From assembly GCA_017654855.1 (NCBI GenBank), contig CM030336.1, forward strand, positions 3,782,001 to 3,846,000: a DNA stretch of 64,000 nucleotides, written 5' to 3'. Of the stretch, positions 33,268 to 47,400 are shown piece after piece. This DNA comes from Podospora anserina (Eukaryota). The position numbers were made by a program, and so were the translations under genes. The notes below the pieces were generated by a model. The model searched no databases, was not told where the DNA came from, and was given only the letters and a program-made list of their open reading frames with translations. The first letter of the stretch is position 1, and every line of letters begins with the position of its first letter.

Positions 33268-34459
33268 ATGGATTCTACCGCTTTTTGACAAAACTGTAGA
33301 GGATTTGGTTTAAAAAACAGCAGGTCAATCCTAGAGTCAAACCCGGCGGCTCTACCCTCTTTGAGAGAGTGGGTTCTTGAGCGGGCTGATAGCGTCCCCT
33401 CCATCTCCCCAAGAACCAGGGAGGAGGCTGGATTCTCTTTGCAGGTTGAATTTGGCACTCAAAAGGACGACCCCAAGCGGGCCGGTGCCTCCAATCGTTT
33501 CAGCGACTTTCGCCGCCCCGATGCAATCAATCCCTAGGCCCTTTCCTCCCAGTGGACAAAGTTGAATATCATTTGGAGCCAATCGATGGGCTGGAGAAAT
33601 GGTGGGAGGACAACTCTGCCACACTCACCAAGAAGCCCAAGGAAGAGTTCAGGAAGTTCGGTGACCGAGAGGCCGCAGCATATGCTGATGGTCAATGTCG
33701 ACCTTCTCAAGCAGACCCCTGCGGAGCTCCGAAAGAGATATTGCGACCTTCCTTCAAGGCACCATTCCGACACCGTATATGGTTAAGCTGTGTAAGTTCC
33801 CCTATTTTGTAGCCCATAATATGCTTGACAATGAGGTGGAAACTGCGATTAGGGCATTGAGGTATAATTATCACGGGTCTTGGTTATTCGGAAATGTCTT
33901 TTAACCATCTCAGCTACCAACGCATTTTGCTTCAAAGCCCGGCGTTTTTATTGGTCTTTCCCAAACATGGGAAAAAGACCATGTCTTCGAGAATCAAAAG
34001 CGGCGTTCTCAACCCTGAGAAGAGTCGCGAGTCGATCGGTGTCACCTCAGGGCAGGTCGGAAACTGGGGGGGGGGGTCTGGCTGAAGAAGCTGGAGGCAC
34101 CAGACGACTCCGCCTACTAACCCTGCCACGCCGACCGAAGCCTCCCCAGCCCAGCCGGAGTGAGGGAAAATAGACCGGCACAACCTCCCGAGCCAGCACG
34201 GCAGTTGCCTCGGAGGCCCCCTATGCCTCCTTTTGATCCTCCTGCCTCTCCAGCGAAGATAGCGGAGCGGACAGCGACGGCGACAGCGACAGCGACAGCG
34301 ACAGCCATCGAGGGACAGCCACGCGAGCAAGCGACAGTCACAGAGGGACAACCGCGCGAGGAAGCGTCAACAACAACGGCAGCAGGCGCTGGGGGCAAGG
34401 GTCTGCGAGAGACTGACGTGAACGTCAGCAGGTTTGCGGCTGGGCCCGACAATGGTTAG
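33268..34459 (+). pseudogene. Decayed hypothetical gene
   Basis: Chain of short plus-strand frames with protein-like content (VEYHLEPIDGLEKWWEDN..., VETAIRALRYNYHGSWLF..., Pro/Thr-rich end) broken by stops and frameshifts. Confidence 0.3.
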
Positions 34460-35199
34460 TGAGCGGAGCTGTCTTATGCTTTGGAAGTTAGCAGGTGCCA
34501 GTAATGGAGTGTGGAAGTAAAGGATGGATAAAAACCAAGGCATTTTCTGTATGTAACAAAGGGGTTCAAGACCTGGGAGCAAGATTTTATTCTTAGACGA
34601 TTTAGCGAAGTGGTGGTTTAATAGAGCATATGTCCACAGCGAACAAGGTTTCATGATTTCTGCTGTCCTCATCAGTGTACCCTCTCATGCATGTCACCAC
34701 ACCCAAGTTACTCTAATCATCCAAACCTTCTGGTTATTCCTTCTTCTTCCTCTCATATTTTACTAACTATCCGTTGTTTACATACAACTATTCCCTTCCC
34801 CCAACATATGTATGTACACCCCTTCCCTTTCCCCCTTCATGTTATGTACAACCCTATCATCTCCCCCCCCCCACCCCTGATCACCATCAACTCAAACCTC
34901 AAAAAAACACACATCCATGCAGGTATTATTCCCTTCTCTTCCCCCCCTGTTGAAATTCAAAAACGCCACATCATGTATGTCCCTAAAACTCAAACGCACA
35001 AAAACTAAAAACTTGGCTTTCTCGCTTCAGGGGTATTCTCCTCTTTGCTTCCCTATCCTTATCCATTTCCCATCCCGTATTGCTCTGTACCGTTCAATGT
35101 ACCCAACCCTTGTAACCTACCACACAAAAACTCAAAAAGAAACCCGTACCCTTCATCATCCATCCGTCATGTCTGTACCCATATCATCCCACCTGGTTC

Positions 35200-36726
35200 C
35201 TACCCCCGAAAGTTACTGTTCAGCTTCCCGATGCTCCCCGCCTCCACCCTCGCAAAGTCATGAATAGCCGGCAATTGCGGCGGCCTCCCAACCCCACCAT
35301 GCGCCGTCCTCGGCGAGCTATTCGCCGAATTCGACCCGCCACCCACCGACGGCCCGGCACTGTTAGGCTCAGACGACACCGCCGAGGAGGCGTTGGTCAG
35401 CGGCGGGGTAGGGTGAGAAAGCAGTGCTGACAAGCTCGCTTTTGTGCTTGCGCTTGTTGGATCACGGTTTCGACCGTCGGAATTTGGCGAGACAGAAAGG
35501 GCCCTGTTGGGAGGGCTGGTCGTGTGTGTGATGATTGGACGCATTGGTGGTGGTTGTTGGTGCTGCTGGGGTGGTTGGACTGGGGCGAGCTGGATCCCAC
35601 CATTGAGAGCAAGTCTCGGGTCCGAGATGGCTTCTCTGGCCTTAGCTTGAAGCTGCCGAGATCGGGGAGAGCCAAGAGGTGCTATTCTGGGTGGTGATAA
35701 GATGGGTGTTGAGACAGATCCTGGCTGGGAGTATGGGGCGTGGTGAGGCGGCTGAGATGGAGTTGGGGCGGGAAGAGGGAGCTGAGGCGGTGGTTGTGGT
35801 GGCCGCTGCTGAGGCAGTTGCAATGGTGGAAGAGTGGGAGCTCTTTCTCGCTCGTACTGGTGATGATTTGCCGAGTGATATGGCTGTTGAGGTGGTGGCG
35901 GTGGTGGAGGGCCATATTGCAGCTGGGGAAGATGGTGACCGTATGGTGCTGGATGGGCACCAGGATGAACTGGGTGGCCGGGGTGGTGGTGACCATTGTA
36001 TGGATGACCGTAGGGCGGTGTCGTTCCCGGCGACGGTGGCCAGGGTTGATAATGGCCGTGGTGAGCGGGATGCGGGGCATATCCCGGGTAGCCTGGGGGA
36101 AGATGATGAAGCTGCTGTACCTGTGGTGGGTAGGGCGGCTGCTGCATCGGCGACCGTGTCAAGGCCGATTGATCGTTCAGGCTCGACTCGGGGTACATGC
36201 CCTTCTGCGGAATGATGCCTCGCAGTTGGGGGTCGGTGCTCGGTGTCTGCAAGTTCTGTGAATTTCTGGTGTAGTACGAAATGAGGTGAAGATGCTGAGA
36301 GTTGGAGGTGGTGATGCTGAACGATTGCTTCATAAGGCCGTCGGTCTTGTAGCGGTAGCCAGCCGCCAAACTGTCTGGCTCCCCATCATCCTGATCCTCA
36401 TCACTGCCACGACCAGAATCCGGAGTTCTCCCAGCCCCCCTCCTCGAGTTCCCAAAACCATTCCCTCGCTTGCCTTCCATCTCGCGGTATGTCAAAAAAC
36501 TCCCAGACACACGGCTGGCGCTCCATGACTTTCCATCAGTCCACCTCCGCATGCCAGCTTCCCTCTCATCCCAGACATAAACCGACCCGGATCGAATCTG
36601 TTGGCGTTCCTTTTCGGACAATCTTCTTTGAACTCTAGGCAAAAGTCCCAGTCGGCAAGCCTCGAAAAGTTTGATGGCGTCGGCAGGTGTCTTGACCATG
36701 CCGTGATATGTCTCCATTGTCGTCAT
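35200..36726 (-). CDS. PAC2: WOPR (Gti1/Pac2) family transcription regulator, Pac2-type
   Basis: METYHGMVKTPADAIKLFEAC...RRLSEKER...GMRRWTDGKSWSASRVSGSFLTYRE and DGLMKQSFSI...HLHLISYY; P/Q/H-rich tail. Confidence 0.92.
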   Translation of the reverse strand: MTTMETYHGMVKTPADAIKLFEACRLGLLPRVQRRLSEKERQQIRSGSVYVWDEREAGMRRWTDGKSWSASRVSGSFLTYREMEGKRGNGFGNSRRGAGRTPDSGRGSDEDQDDGEPDSLAAGYRYKTDGLMKQSFSITTSNSQHLHLISYYTRNSQNLQTPSTDPQLRGIIPQKGMYPESSLNDQSALTRSPMQQPPYPPQVQQLHHLPPGYPGYAPHPAHHGHYQPWPPSPGTTPPYGHPYNGHHHPGHPVHPGAHPAPYGHHLPQLQYGPPPPPPPQQPYHSANHHQYERERAPTLPPLQLPQQRPPQPPPQLPLPAPTPSQPPHHAPYSQPGSVSTPILSPPRIAPLGSPRSRQLQAKAREAISDPRLALNGGIQLAPVQPPQQHQQPPPMRPIITHTTSPPNRALSVSPNSDGRNRDPTSASTKASLSALLSHPTPPLTNASSAVSSEPNSAGPSVGGGSNSANSSPRTAHGGVGRPPQLPAIHDFARVEAGSIGKLNSNFRG

Positions 36727-38711
36727 GGTGGGCGATAGTGCTTTGGAAGATGTAGGTTGATGCAACCCAGGACCGTTGGGCCAAAGAAAGAGAGACTGTA
36801 TAGTCAACCAAGATATCCTCCTTTCCTCCTCAACTGCAAAACTTATTGCACCACCATTCAGGACTGGAGCCTCGAGCAAGTTTTGTCGACAAGAAGCTTA
36901 AAGGCGCCACAGCAAAACCCTATGTGATGTGATGTAACCAGTGTCAATGTTTATCCCTTCCTATGGTGGATTCATGAAGAGGCAAGCCGAGCCGATAGCG
37001 GGTCCATGACCTGTGGGAGCGAATTAGGTAAACGTGAGACGTGTAAGGGGTGAGGGCTTGGCAGAGAGACGACGGGCGTTTTAAGCCTCAGTGTGGATTT
37101 ATAGCCTTTTTTTTTCCTTTTTTAAGAGATGTGGAGGAGAGGAGAGAGGTGGGCGTGCTAGAGTGACAGAAGCTTGATCGAAGCATTGCCCTTGGCTGGC
37201 GATACCTGGCACACGACGGCACACGGCAGGCAACAAGCAGCCTTTTGGGCGCATAAACAGCTTCCCACGTCAAACCCTGGGGTGTGGTTCCTCGCCTTGT
37301 GTCTTTGTGTCGTCGACCACGTCAGGCTCACGAGACGCGAAGGGTTACAGCAGCACGGCCATGGGCGGAGCACACACAGTCCCACGCTTCACCATGTCCC
37401 CGTCCGCATACACTTGATGGGGACGAAGGCCGTGGGGAGTCATGGGGATACAGAAGCCTGCCCTTTTTGAGATCCGGTATGGAGAATTATCAGGGGATAC
37501 AGTTGCACTCGCACTTGCACTTGCACTCGCAACGCGTTGTTATCTGTGTTTCAAGAGACGAAATAGGACAGTTGACGAGGAAGAAAACAAGCTGGAAACG
37601 TACCTATCAGAATGTGTCTTGTTTTTGTTTTGTTATGTTGTGTTGTGTGTTATGTGGGAGCGTGAGTAACCGCTTGTTCAGCGAGCTAGCAAAGGTAACG
37701 GCGATGACAGTTAGTCGTGGTGTGGTGAACGGTGGACGGTGAGACCCAGAGAAATGCAAAAACCGAGAAAAGTGTCTTTAGGTGCAGGGCGATGCGCGCG
37801 GGTTGTATCGGGACGTTTCGACTTATATCGAGAAAATGACCAAAAAAAATAAGGCAGTGGAAATAAGGTGCGTGAGGGCACCGCGGTTGGCGGCTGGTGG
37901 TGCGGATCCGCTGCAGGTCGATGACGATGCGCCCACTGGCACATGGGTGTCTCGGAATGTGGGAGCTTTCAGAGGGGTGTCCCGCTAGAGAGAACCCACT
38001 CCAAGCCCACCAAGCACCATGCCAAGCCGAGCGATGCCTCAGGTCTGGCAAAACGGCTAGACGGGGGGCGTCTTGGTCCTGGCTGTTGGTGCCTGCCTGC
38101 CTCTGGGTGATCATCAGATGGAAATTGGAGAAAGCGAGGCCGTGAACAGCCCCATTTTGAAACAGCCAGATACGAGTATTCCTCCCTCCCTCCATCTCTC
38201 CATCCTTCCCTACCTTCGGAAAGATCAAGTCAGTTTTAAAACAATCCGAGTTGATCTGGCACAGGCACAGACACTGATGACAGGTGAAATGCAATTCATC
38301 TTCTCATTATCACTCGTCCCACGCCCCCCTTCCCCGAGCGGAGAATGCCAAGCAAAAGCCAAGAGGGCCAAGCAGCGAGGCCAAGAGAGCCAAGAAAAGC
38401 GGAGCAGGCCAGACAAAGGACAGCCAGGACTAACTCCACAGCAAAAAGGTGCGAAGCTCTGTCCCTTCATCCCTGGCCAAAATTACTTCACTTTTTGGTT
38501 CAGCGCTCCACCTGTCCAGAAAGTGTGTCGTAAGCTCTTACAGATCAATGAGTCCTACGAGAGGGGAGAGGGGGCCTAGATCTCGCTTCATTTCTGCCTC
38601 CTTTTCAGTCCACCAGGCGGAGAGATACTCAGAATTCTACCCAAGCAAGGTGGTGGGTAGGTCCTTGTGTCACACATGTTGGATGTCGTTGGTCCTGAGA
38701 TGATCTGTTTA

Positions 38712-38753
38712 TGGTTACGAGCAGCTGGTTACGAGCAGCTGGTTACGAGCAGT
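38712..38753. repeat. 14-bp tandem repeat x3 (TGGTTACGAGCAGC)
   Basis: Seen directly; last base of the third copy differs. Confidence 0.9.
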
Positions 38754-41284
38754 TGCCTCTTGCAGTTGGGTTGATGATGAATCTCCGAACAAAACTCTTA
38801 TCATCTCACCCATCATCATTATTACTCCACCAACTGTTGCTGTTATGAATCGCTTGGACCTCGGGCCTGACCGGGACTCATCGGTGTAACACGCACACCC
38901 CCCCCCAATCCACATGTTGTTGGACCTTGTAGGTAATTGGACTTTTGTTGTGTGTCACAAGAAAGGAGCAACAGCAGCAACTGAAGTTATTGCGAAGGTC
39001 CATTGTCGCACAACGTCCTGCCGAGCTTTTGTGTTCTTTACTGTCAATTTACCAACATCTGGATCGCCACGCTAAGGAGAAGAGGGGGGTGCAATATGGT
39101 TATCAATATTCGCAACCGTTGGGTCCGAGAAGTCCACTTGGTCTTGGTGATTGATATCAATGGCTCCCCCCCAAAGTTCCAAGACTCTTGGGCCACGCAC
39201 GCCAACACTTGGGTCCTGCTCGAACTTTGACTAGTGCCCGCTTCCAGTTCCCTATCCAAGTCTAGCCCAAAACATTATCTCAACGTCCAAAAAGGCGCAC
39301 GTGGAAAGCTGCAACCTGTTCACTTTGAAAGAACAACTGCACTGCACTTGCTGACCCCTTTGTGCTCCCACCTTTTCTCCTCTGTCATCGGAACTAAGCG
39401 CCTTGGTTACCTCCGAAGCCGAAAACTTGACATATTTTGGACATCTTCTCCCCCCTCCCATTGGGTGTGTGGAATAATCGCCTGATTAGGAAATCTCACT
39501 GTCATGTCAGACGTTATGTAAAAAGAAGGGGTCCAATCCAGGAGGGAAAAAAAGTGTGAATAACAAAAACGAGAAAAGGCAGATGGACCCCTGTACGGAT
39601 TTGCCATGGAAATACTGGCTTGGGATAGGATTTCAAGCTTATTTCACTCTCCCCATGCTAGCGTGATTGGCATTTGCCTGGATCACCCTTCAAGCCATCA
39701 GCCTTGGCTTCCATGCTCCATCCATCATGCCGCCCAATGTTGCGACTCTGGGCCAACTTGGCATCTTTCTCGGATCAAAAGGTCGCTGACAAGACCCCGT
39801 GACTCCGAATCCGAAGAGGGAACTGCTGCTCGCTCCACCGGCTCGCGACGAGACACCCCTCTCCTTGAAACCCGCGAGGCGCCGGGTGTGCCGTCAGTCC
39901 CGTCGTCGTTGACATGTCCGCCCACACGGACGACCGAGTAAGCTTCGCTTCGCTTAGGACATCCGTACGGGTAAACCTTTTCGAGCGGGTGTGAACACCT
40001 TCTGGAAAAGCTGTGGACTTGATTACAAAACACCAGCACCCCCACATGAGGAGGAATCCCTGTCGCAATTTGTCTTGGGATGTGCCGTGATGGCCTTGGC
40101 CGTTTCTGGGCAACACTTTAAACTTGGAGTGTGGCTTGCCGCGAGGTACCGGTACCCTGTGGGGTGTGTGGCACACTGCAGCTAGCAATTCCTCTGCTTG
40201 TCTCTGTGGAAGCAACAACTGCGAATGTAACTGCACAATGAGAGCCTCGACGAGGCGTGGTGAAGCGTGTGTGCCTCTGATGAAGAAGAAATGTCGTTGG
40301 CCATCGTTGTTTGCCCTGTGGGCAGGGTGTCTGCAGTTGGGCGCCCCATTAGTCAGATCCTTTATCCACTAGCGTACCAAGTAAATCGTATTCGCGTTCC
40401 GAAGATGCGAACCCAAGATCGGAATTCGTCACAGCTCCCGCCCGCCGCGATCCATGCTATACGCCCAGAAAACTATTGACGCTTAAAATCATGCTTAACC
40501 AACAAGAGGCTTGGCCATGATTAGTCGTCAGGTATTATCTCCTGATTCGGCCTGCATTTCCATACCAGTCACACCTTCCCCTCAGCGCAATGCTCTGCCA
40601 GTGCCACCACCCACAACCATCCACAACTGCCACTGCCAAGCTTCCAAATGCCACTTCTCTTTTTCAAACTGCCTTGGCTCGACGGAAAACCGGCCTTCTT
40701 TGCGGTGCCCAGCCGGGACCGGAACATTGACCACTTCAGCTGACCTCAAGCATCTTGTTTTTTTGTTTTTTTTTTATCACGAACAGCAGCAAAAGTCCGC
40801 CCCTGGCCTCGATCGACATGACTGACACGATGGGGAGCAGTTGCACAGACTCAACCTAGATCTTGACGCATACCTTGCCGTCACCAACAGCACCAACAAC
40901 GAATGATACTCCGGACAAACAAGTAAAAGCCCTGATGTGATGGCCGACTTTGTTGGCTCGCCAAGCTGCGAGGATCTTTCCGAGGGCGTCGCCTTACTGG
41001 GCCAAATATTACGACTGCCACACTGTTGCTCACTCACCTTTCCGAGAGGCGAGAGGCACAGCTTCAAGCTTAAGCATGCCCTCACATTTCCAACAGCCGC
41101 ATCTGTTGTTGCTGTTGTTGCACAAACTTACACAAGGTCCCTGCGCCTTGACTGTTCTTTTTTTTTTGATACCAGGCTCCGGCGCACAACAGCCGTGGTG
41201 GTTGACATAGTCAGATGAAAATGATAGTAGGACCTGACTATTGATGATAACTGTCTGATCTCACTTCAGGCAGTGAAACTAAAA

Positions 41285-41317
<33 letters not shown>

Positions 41318-41477
41318 TGTTGACGAATAATTGGGTTCGCTTCCGGCAACCATATTCCGCCGTTGCCTACCCCAGGGTCACTTTCCCTCACTTGTTCGGA
41401 GCCTTGGTAATCAGTCACTCATCAACCTCAACAACAACAGCAACAACAACAGCAACAACAACAACAACAACAACAAC
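41285..41477. repeat. (CGT)n at 41285-41315 and (CAA)n at 41428-41477
   Basis: Seen directly. Confidence 0.9.
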
Positions 41478-44400
41478 GTGTCAGAAGTCTCCGCTGGGGA
41501 AATCCCCTTTTTCTTTGTGGCTCAGTCTGACCAAAATGCCGGAACCCAACGGCAGCAAGCCGCTTATTCATCAGTAAGGTACGCGGATACGGTAATTACG
41601 GGATACCAAGCTTTGCGGCGGCCTCCGTCAGCCTCGCATGCAATTGAGGGGAACATGTCGTCTGTTTAAGGTTAATAACGCACCAAAGAGCGACGCCAAA
41701 AATACACTCCCCGGAACGGCCCTCCTGTTCCCCGCCAAACCCTCCGTTTCGATTCCTCCAGTGCTCGACCCAAGCACAGAAACACCAACAGGTTCAGCTC
41801 AGCGTCTGACCATGCGGTTGGCATGTAGCACATGGCGGATCGATCAGGCGGCTGGCCTGCCATAATAAGTCGCTTGCAATTTACCCATCTTCTGTCTCAC
41901 AAAGTTGGGCGCCAACGAAGGGAATATCTCGATGGAATACCTAGGAGGCACCAGTACAACACTCGTCCGCAGTACCGGACGTGCTTCTCGGACGTAAAGC
42001 GGAGGAGCCCTGCAGCGGATCACACCCCGACTCGAGGAGCATGGTTACAGATGATGAGAGATCAACCCTTTTGGGGATGTGAGCTGCCGAGACCGAGCCC
42101 CGAGTGCGAGCCTTCTCATTGCTTACCTCACCGACCAACCATGGCTCCCAAGACGAGTTGGCTTATCTGTCCGAATTGGAAGAAAGCCACCGAGGAAGGT
42201 CACAGTCGGACTCGGGCGGCTGGGACGGATACCATGCGACCACGGGCGGGCCTGTATCTGCTGGTCATCTGGCTGATAGGCTACGATCGTGTGCCCGAAC
42301 CATCGTACGCCTGACGACGTGCCCTGCTGTCGTTTAACTACTATGGCGATAGGTCCTCCGCTCAGCAACACCGCGTACAAGGCTTGCGGCTGCTCGCGTG
42401 GGCAAACATACTATGCACTGTGCAACCCCCAACTTGACGCTTGAGCTGCAGTGCTTGGTTTACGAGGGACTGCAACGGGAAAAAGCTGCATTTCGACATG
42501 CCTCAAAGAGCTCACTCAGCGATGAGGCGTACTGTGGCCGTCCATTGGACCAACATGTTCTGACCGTAAAACTCGGGTTCCAAGACGACCCCGAAACCTT
42601 GGGCACGCCTCATGAAGGAGTGCTGGAGCAATTGCCCAATGAGGCTGGTCTATAGTTGGATCACCGAAACTGATTCTCCACGAGGCTCTAGCAATGCTTA
42701 AGCTTAATTCGACGAGGCCTTTGTTTCCATTCACCGAGGTTACACGAGCGTTTGAATTGGGATCCCAAGCCTTAAATAAGGACAAGGGGGAGGAGGGTTC
42801 GTTGCTGGGGGAAAAAAGCATATTTCTTGGCTGCGGGGTTCTCAGCTTGATCAGGACAAAAATTCTCTCCATGTCACTTTCTTTTTACTCATCGTGTGTG
42901 GGCGTAGGCAGCCTCAACTTTCGCAAGTTTATTCCCAGACGAGTTACATACCTTCCGTCGGCAAATCTTGGTCACAAGGGGCCAAACACAGTACGAATTA
43001 TTCCCATTCGTGCAACACAAATGCGATGTTCTGGAATGTGGGATGGGCCGAACCCTCAAGTCCGATCTTTCTGCGCCTTTTCTATTTGGTATTGAACAGC
43101 TGACGTCCGTCCTACGAGCAACAAGTTGAACACACACAAGTTGCGACTGTCACGAGTTCACAACTTGGTTTTCCCCGTCGGGCCTTTCGGCCGGTAGGTA
43201 GCTACCTGAGCTTTTCTTCAGTTGACGGTTGGCACCTCAACCCCCAAGCCCCCGAGTCAGGGGCACAAAGCCGCTGTCACTTCCCCTACTACTGTGTATA
43301 GCAACAACGCCCACAGCATGCCTTGGCGTATCTAGCGTATCGCTGCACGGGTTGCACAGGCCGTATGCAGTGACAATGAATGGTCAATCGGCAAAATCGG
43401 ATCAGATCCCATCATCAACAACATCGCAGCGAAAGAGCAACTTTTGAACCTACCCACCCACCCAAAACTTTGTGCGACACAAACCTCTTTCTTTCATGTT
43501 CCCCTCTCTCCTCTTCTGTCACGTCAAGATTGGGGGCTGATCACCGTTCGACATCCGCAGCGTAGCACGCGGCTCCTCCGCTCAATATCGGCAGCTGCTG
43601 TTGCAGTGATGCAGAGGAGACGGAGTATGCCGCCGCGTTCACAACTTGTTTTCATTGTCAAAAACCAGCTCAACAAGTACATACAGTGCACGGCTGCAAC
43701 AAGACATCGAGGAAGGCCTGATAATGTGGGTCAAGTGTTGAGGAAATGGTGTGTGACTTTTGACCATTTTCCCGGATGCTGGATTGCCCAATAGTTCTGA
43801 GAGGGGGGAGGGAATAGACAAGACATCAACCACATCACGCCAGGAGAAAGAAACACCGGATCAAACCCGCGGCCCCTCACTATGTCTTGTCAACAACAAC
43901 AGGCAAAAATTCGTGATGATTTACGGTGTTCCTGTTCTAAGAACGTGCTCCCTCGTAACCTCTCTACAAGCGGCAATGATCTTCGCTTTTTGGGTAATGT
44001 GCTGTAACTACCGAGACCCCCTTTTAACCCCCTTTTTACAAATCATGGGAGGGGGGTCTCTGAACCACGACGACCGCCGAACTTTCGCCGGTTGGAGAAA
44101 AAAAACTGTATCGTGGGCCTGCCCGTCTATGGTTGCAGCGGGCGCCCATGTCGGTAAAGCGAAAAAAAAAAAAGCTTGAGTTTCATAAGCTTAACAATGG
44201 GGAAGGTGGTAGAGAGGCGGCCTCGGTGAATGGGTGGGGGGGAGGGGAGTGAACAGAGGGAGGGAGGGATACGTGTCGCGTCGTGACGACATGAGTTGAG
44301 AATGGATGGATGGGGGTGGTCAAGGTTGACAACAATGATGACTTTTTGCACAGAGGCTGGCTTGTTTTGACTTGACTTTGTCCCCCGACTTGGCCAGATC

Positions 44401-47400
44401 TTTTCATCCATCAAACGCTGGGTCTTGGTTTGCTGTCTGGGTTGGGTACGTAAGGGAAACTGACTGTCTAGATCGTCGGAAACTCCCAACCCCGTTCCGA
44501 CGAAGCAGGGTGATTTTATCCCAGAAGGTGACTTTTTGTTGGAGTGTCGAAAGAAGGTGTGGCTGCATGATCAACATACACTCCCGGACGGGAAGTCGGG
44601 TAAGGCAGGGTTAGGTAGTCAAAAGGGAAAGAATTTCTTGCCCCACGCGGAAGTGTGAGAAAAGGTTGATCAACCGCCGCGGCAAATCACTTATGCAAAA
44701 TAAAAAAGTGTACCTTGCCTTTGAATAATATCAAGGTCGGATAAGGGAGGTCACATCGCCTGATATCTATCTACGCATCGAAGGTCACGGTAGGGTGGAT
44801 TGATTAAGCTGCTTGCCGCACCACACAGGGTAGGGTGTATGGACGGGAAGTTATCCCGTTGAATGATGATCAAGATGGGTGTCCCTTTCCCGCGCCTTCG
44901 TTATCGCCGCTTATAACCGGCATGATGATGTGTTTTGGGGGATTACCGTGGGAATAACGTCGGGGGAAGTTTGGGGGAAGGGACACATCTGAGGGCCAAG
45001 ACATCTGCCGGCGTCGGTGGAAGAGGGAGTTTATGTGGAAGAGATCGGCTCGGCATTCGTGGTATTGTGAAGCAGTGGGTGATACTATCGCCACTTGTGT
45101 TCTCGGGAAGGACAACGTGGAGCAGGTAGGTGGTGGGTTGTAGATGTCGGCGTTTGAGAGGGATGCAACGTCGCCTTTCGGGGTCGACGATATGGTGTCC
45201 GCATATGGTGATCGATCGACGGTGGGCTAGGGAGAGACGTGGTTATTGCAGAGGACTTGTGATATCACCGAGGTGTTTGGAAGAAGAAGTGGTGGCTTCT
45301 CGGCACTTGATTGCAGTACCTAGGTAGGCACTGATCTCGAGGATGGATGACAAGGCAGGAGCAGAGACGGGGGAAGTGTTCATCAATACTTTTTGTGTCT
45401 GGTCATCAGATATGACGGTGAAATAGGCAACGGTATGTGCAACATGGGGTCTTGCTGAATTGCCAGTAATAAACAAGAGCAACAGAACATCTTCCAAGCC
45501 TCTCCAAGCATTCAGACTCCCGTTGGAACCTTCATGAGTCTGCCCTTCAACATTTACACGTGGCTAATAGGCAGCAGCGAACGAACAGTTCTAGGTCCTC
45601 GTATTGACAAATGCCTAGACAGCACTCTTTTCCATCTCCAGTAACCATTGCATCTAGGCATCAAACAACCCACCAACCAACATCCACACGCCCAACCACC
45701 CATTCAATATCAACCCTTCAAAAGCCAAGTTTCTCGCCAACCCCTTTCCCACCTCCCCAAAACCGCAAACATCTCCTGAGCCAAGCTATACCAAGCACCA
45801 ACCACCTCTGCTGGCAATATAAAGCCCTATGAACTCTACAAAGCCAAGGCAATCCTTCCAACACTCAACCGCACCTTCTCCAAGGCTGGATAAAGAGACT
45901 CTACCTGACCGGTTAAAATACCTCAAGCCCTACTGAAAGCCAAGATGGAATAAACACAGGGCCAAGCATTCTCGCGTAAAACGAGAAAACCTAGGTGCCC
46001 TACGGAAGAATTAGCCATCCCGTTGTTGTAGCAGCCAACCGAGAACGCCACGCAGAAAAGGTTGAATTGACGAAGATCGAGATTCAACGCTTTTTGTTGG
46101 CTTGGCAGCAAGTAGGTAAGAACACAAGAGATTTGGTAATGATAATTCTGCGTGTTGTTATGAAGAAGGATGTGAATGGTGTCTCTTGTGATTGGGACGG
46201 ACTAGATTTGGGCAACATGAGCATCAATACAGGGGGGTGGAAAGGGTCTTGTTGATAGGAACATCGTTCATGTGTTTGTAGATGACCTATAATGACACGT
46301 CTCTCCTACATAAAATCTGGCGGTATGAGAAAGGTCTCTTTGGTAGGAGCGTTTCTGGATGTGGAGAGAGAGACAGAGAGAGAGGCCTACAAAAGATGTC
46401 CGGTGAGCAACACAGCTCAACATGCCCCTTGGTACCTTAGGTATTACTACAAATCATCATCACCCTTTGCCACTGGCCTGCAAAGTTATACAAGCACTGC
46501 AACAGACGGGTAGAATCCTTCACCGACGTGTCAAGAAGTCATGATCTAACAACCCCCCAAACTCATCACCACAAACCACCGCCATCCCCCGCCGCCATGA
46601 ACCCCCACTGGTGCATCTATACGAGCCTGTCCACAGAATTTCGGTAATGTAGCCCATCTCTGGAAGGAGGGGGGCCTTGCGTCTTCGGTCGGCTGTACAT
46701 CCTTCCTGCGATATGAGTAAGTATTTATCTTTGTATCTCGAGATTTGGGGGCGGAAAAGCGGAGTGGTGACGATGGGGGGTATCGTGCTTGTCTCGCGCC
46801 CGAGCAGGAGGGAATCGATAAGACAGAACCGAGATGGAAGGGGAATCTTTCCTCTCTTGAACTAATGTTAGACGGGGCCATGGCTCTGCTGGAACAAAGA
46901 CTTAGCTTATCCAAGTTGTGATGATGTACATGTTATGAGTAGGTATATGGTCTCAGGGTTTCTATGACAGTCTGTGTGTGTGACAGCCTCTAGACGTAAA
47001 GAGATCCCTGTCAAGGGGAGGTTTGCAAGGAGAAATATCAACGTTGACAGACTATCTGATGAGAGATGTGCTTAAAGGGATCCAGTACGAAAGCACCTGA
47101 TGAGGATGTGTGACGGGACCTCTCTATCAACAGCCCACAAGGATGTCTAAGAGGCGGAGGCTGAGGCTGAACACCACGATAGTTGCCATAGTGGGTTGTC
47201 TCACGAGCTCGCTGACGTTATCACTTGGTCACTTCTGCTAACTGGAGGTTGTGACTGGAAATGTATGGCTGGCCTTGTGGTAGTGTTGGGAGCAAAGGTC
47301 ATCATCCAGGGGTTACGATGTGCCTTCTCGCTTGTCTCCCCGCCGAGGCGATGAAAACAACAGCACCAGGTTATTGAGCCCCTTAAGGAGCAGCATCGTG

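Noticed and set aside
36727..36879. TTG-initiated 51-codon N-terminal extension of Pac2
   Set aside because: Family similarity begins at METYHG; an open frame this short can occur by chance.
47043..47131. Two CTGATGAG motifs plus CGAAA inside a weak terminal stem, suggesting a hammerhead ribozyme or C/D snoRNA
   Set aside because: Stems II/III and the NUH site cannot be built in any canonical topology and there is no terminal D box; an imperfect ~41-bp tandem duplication explains it better.
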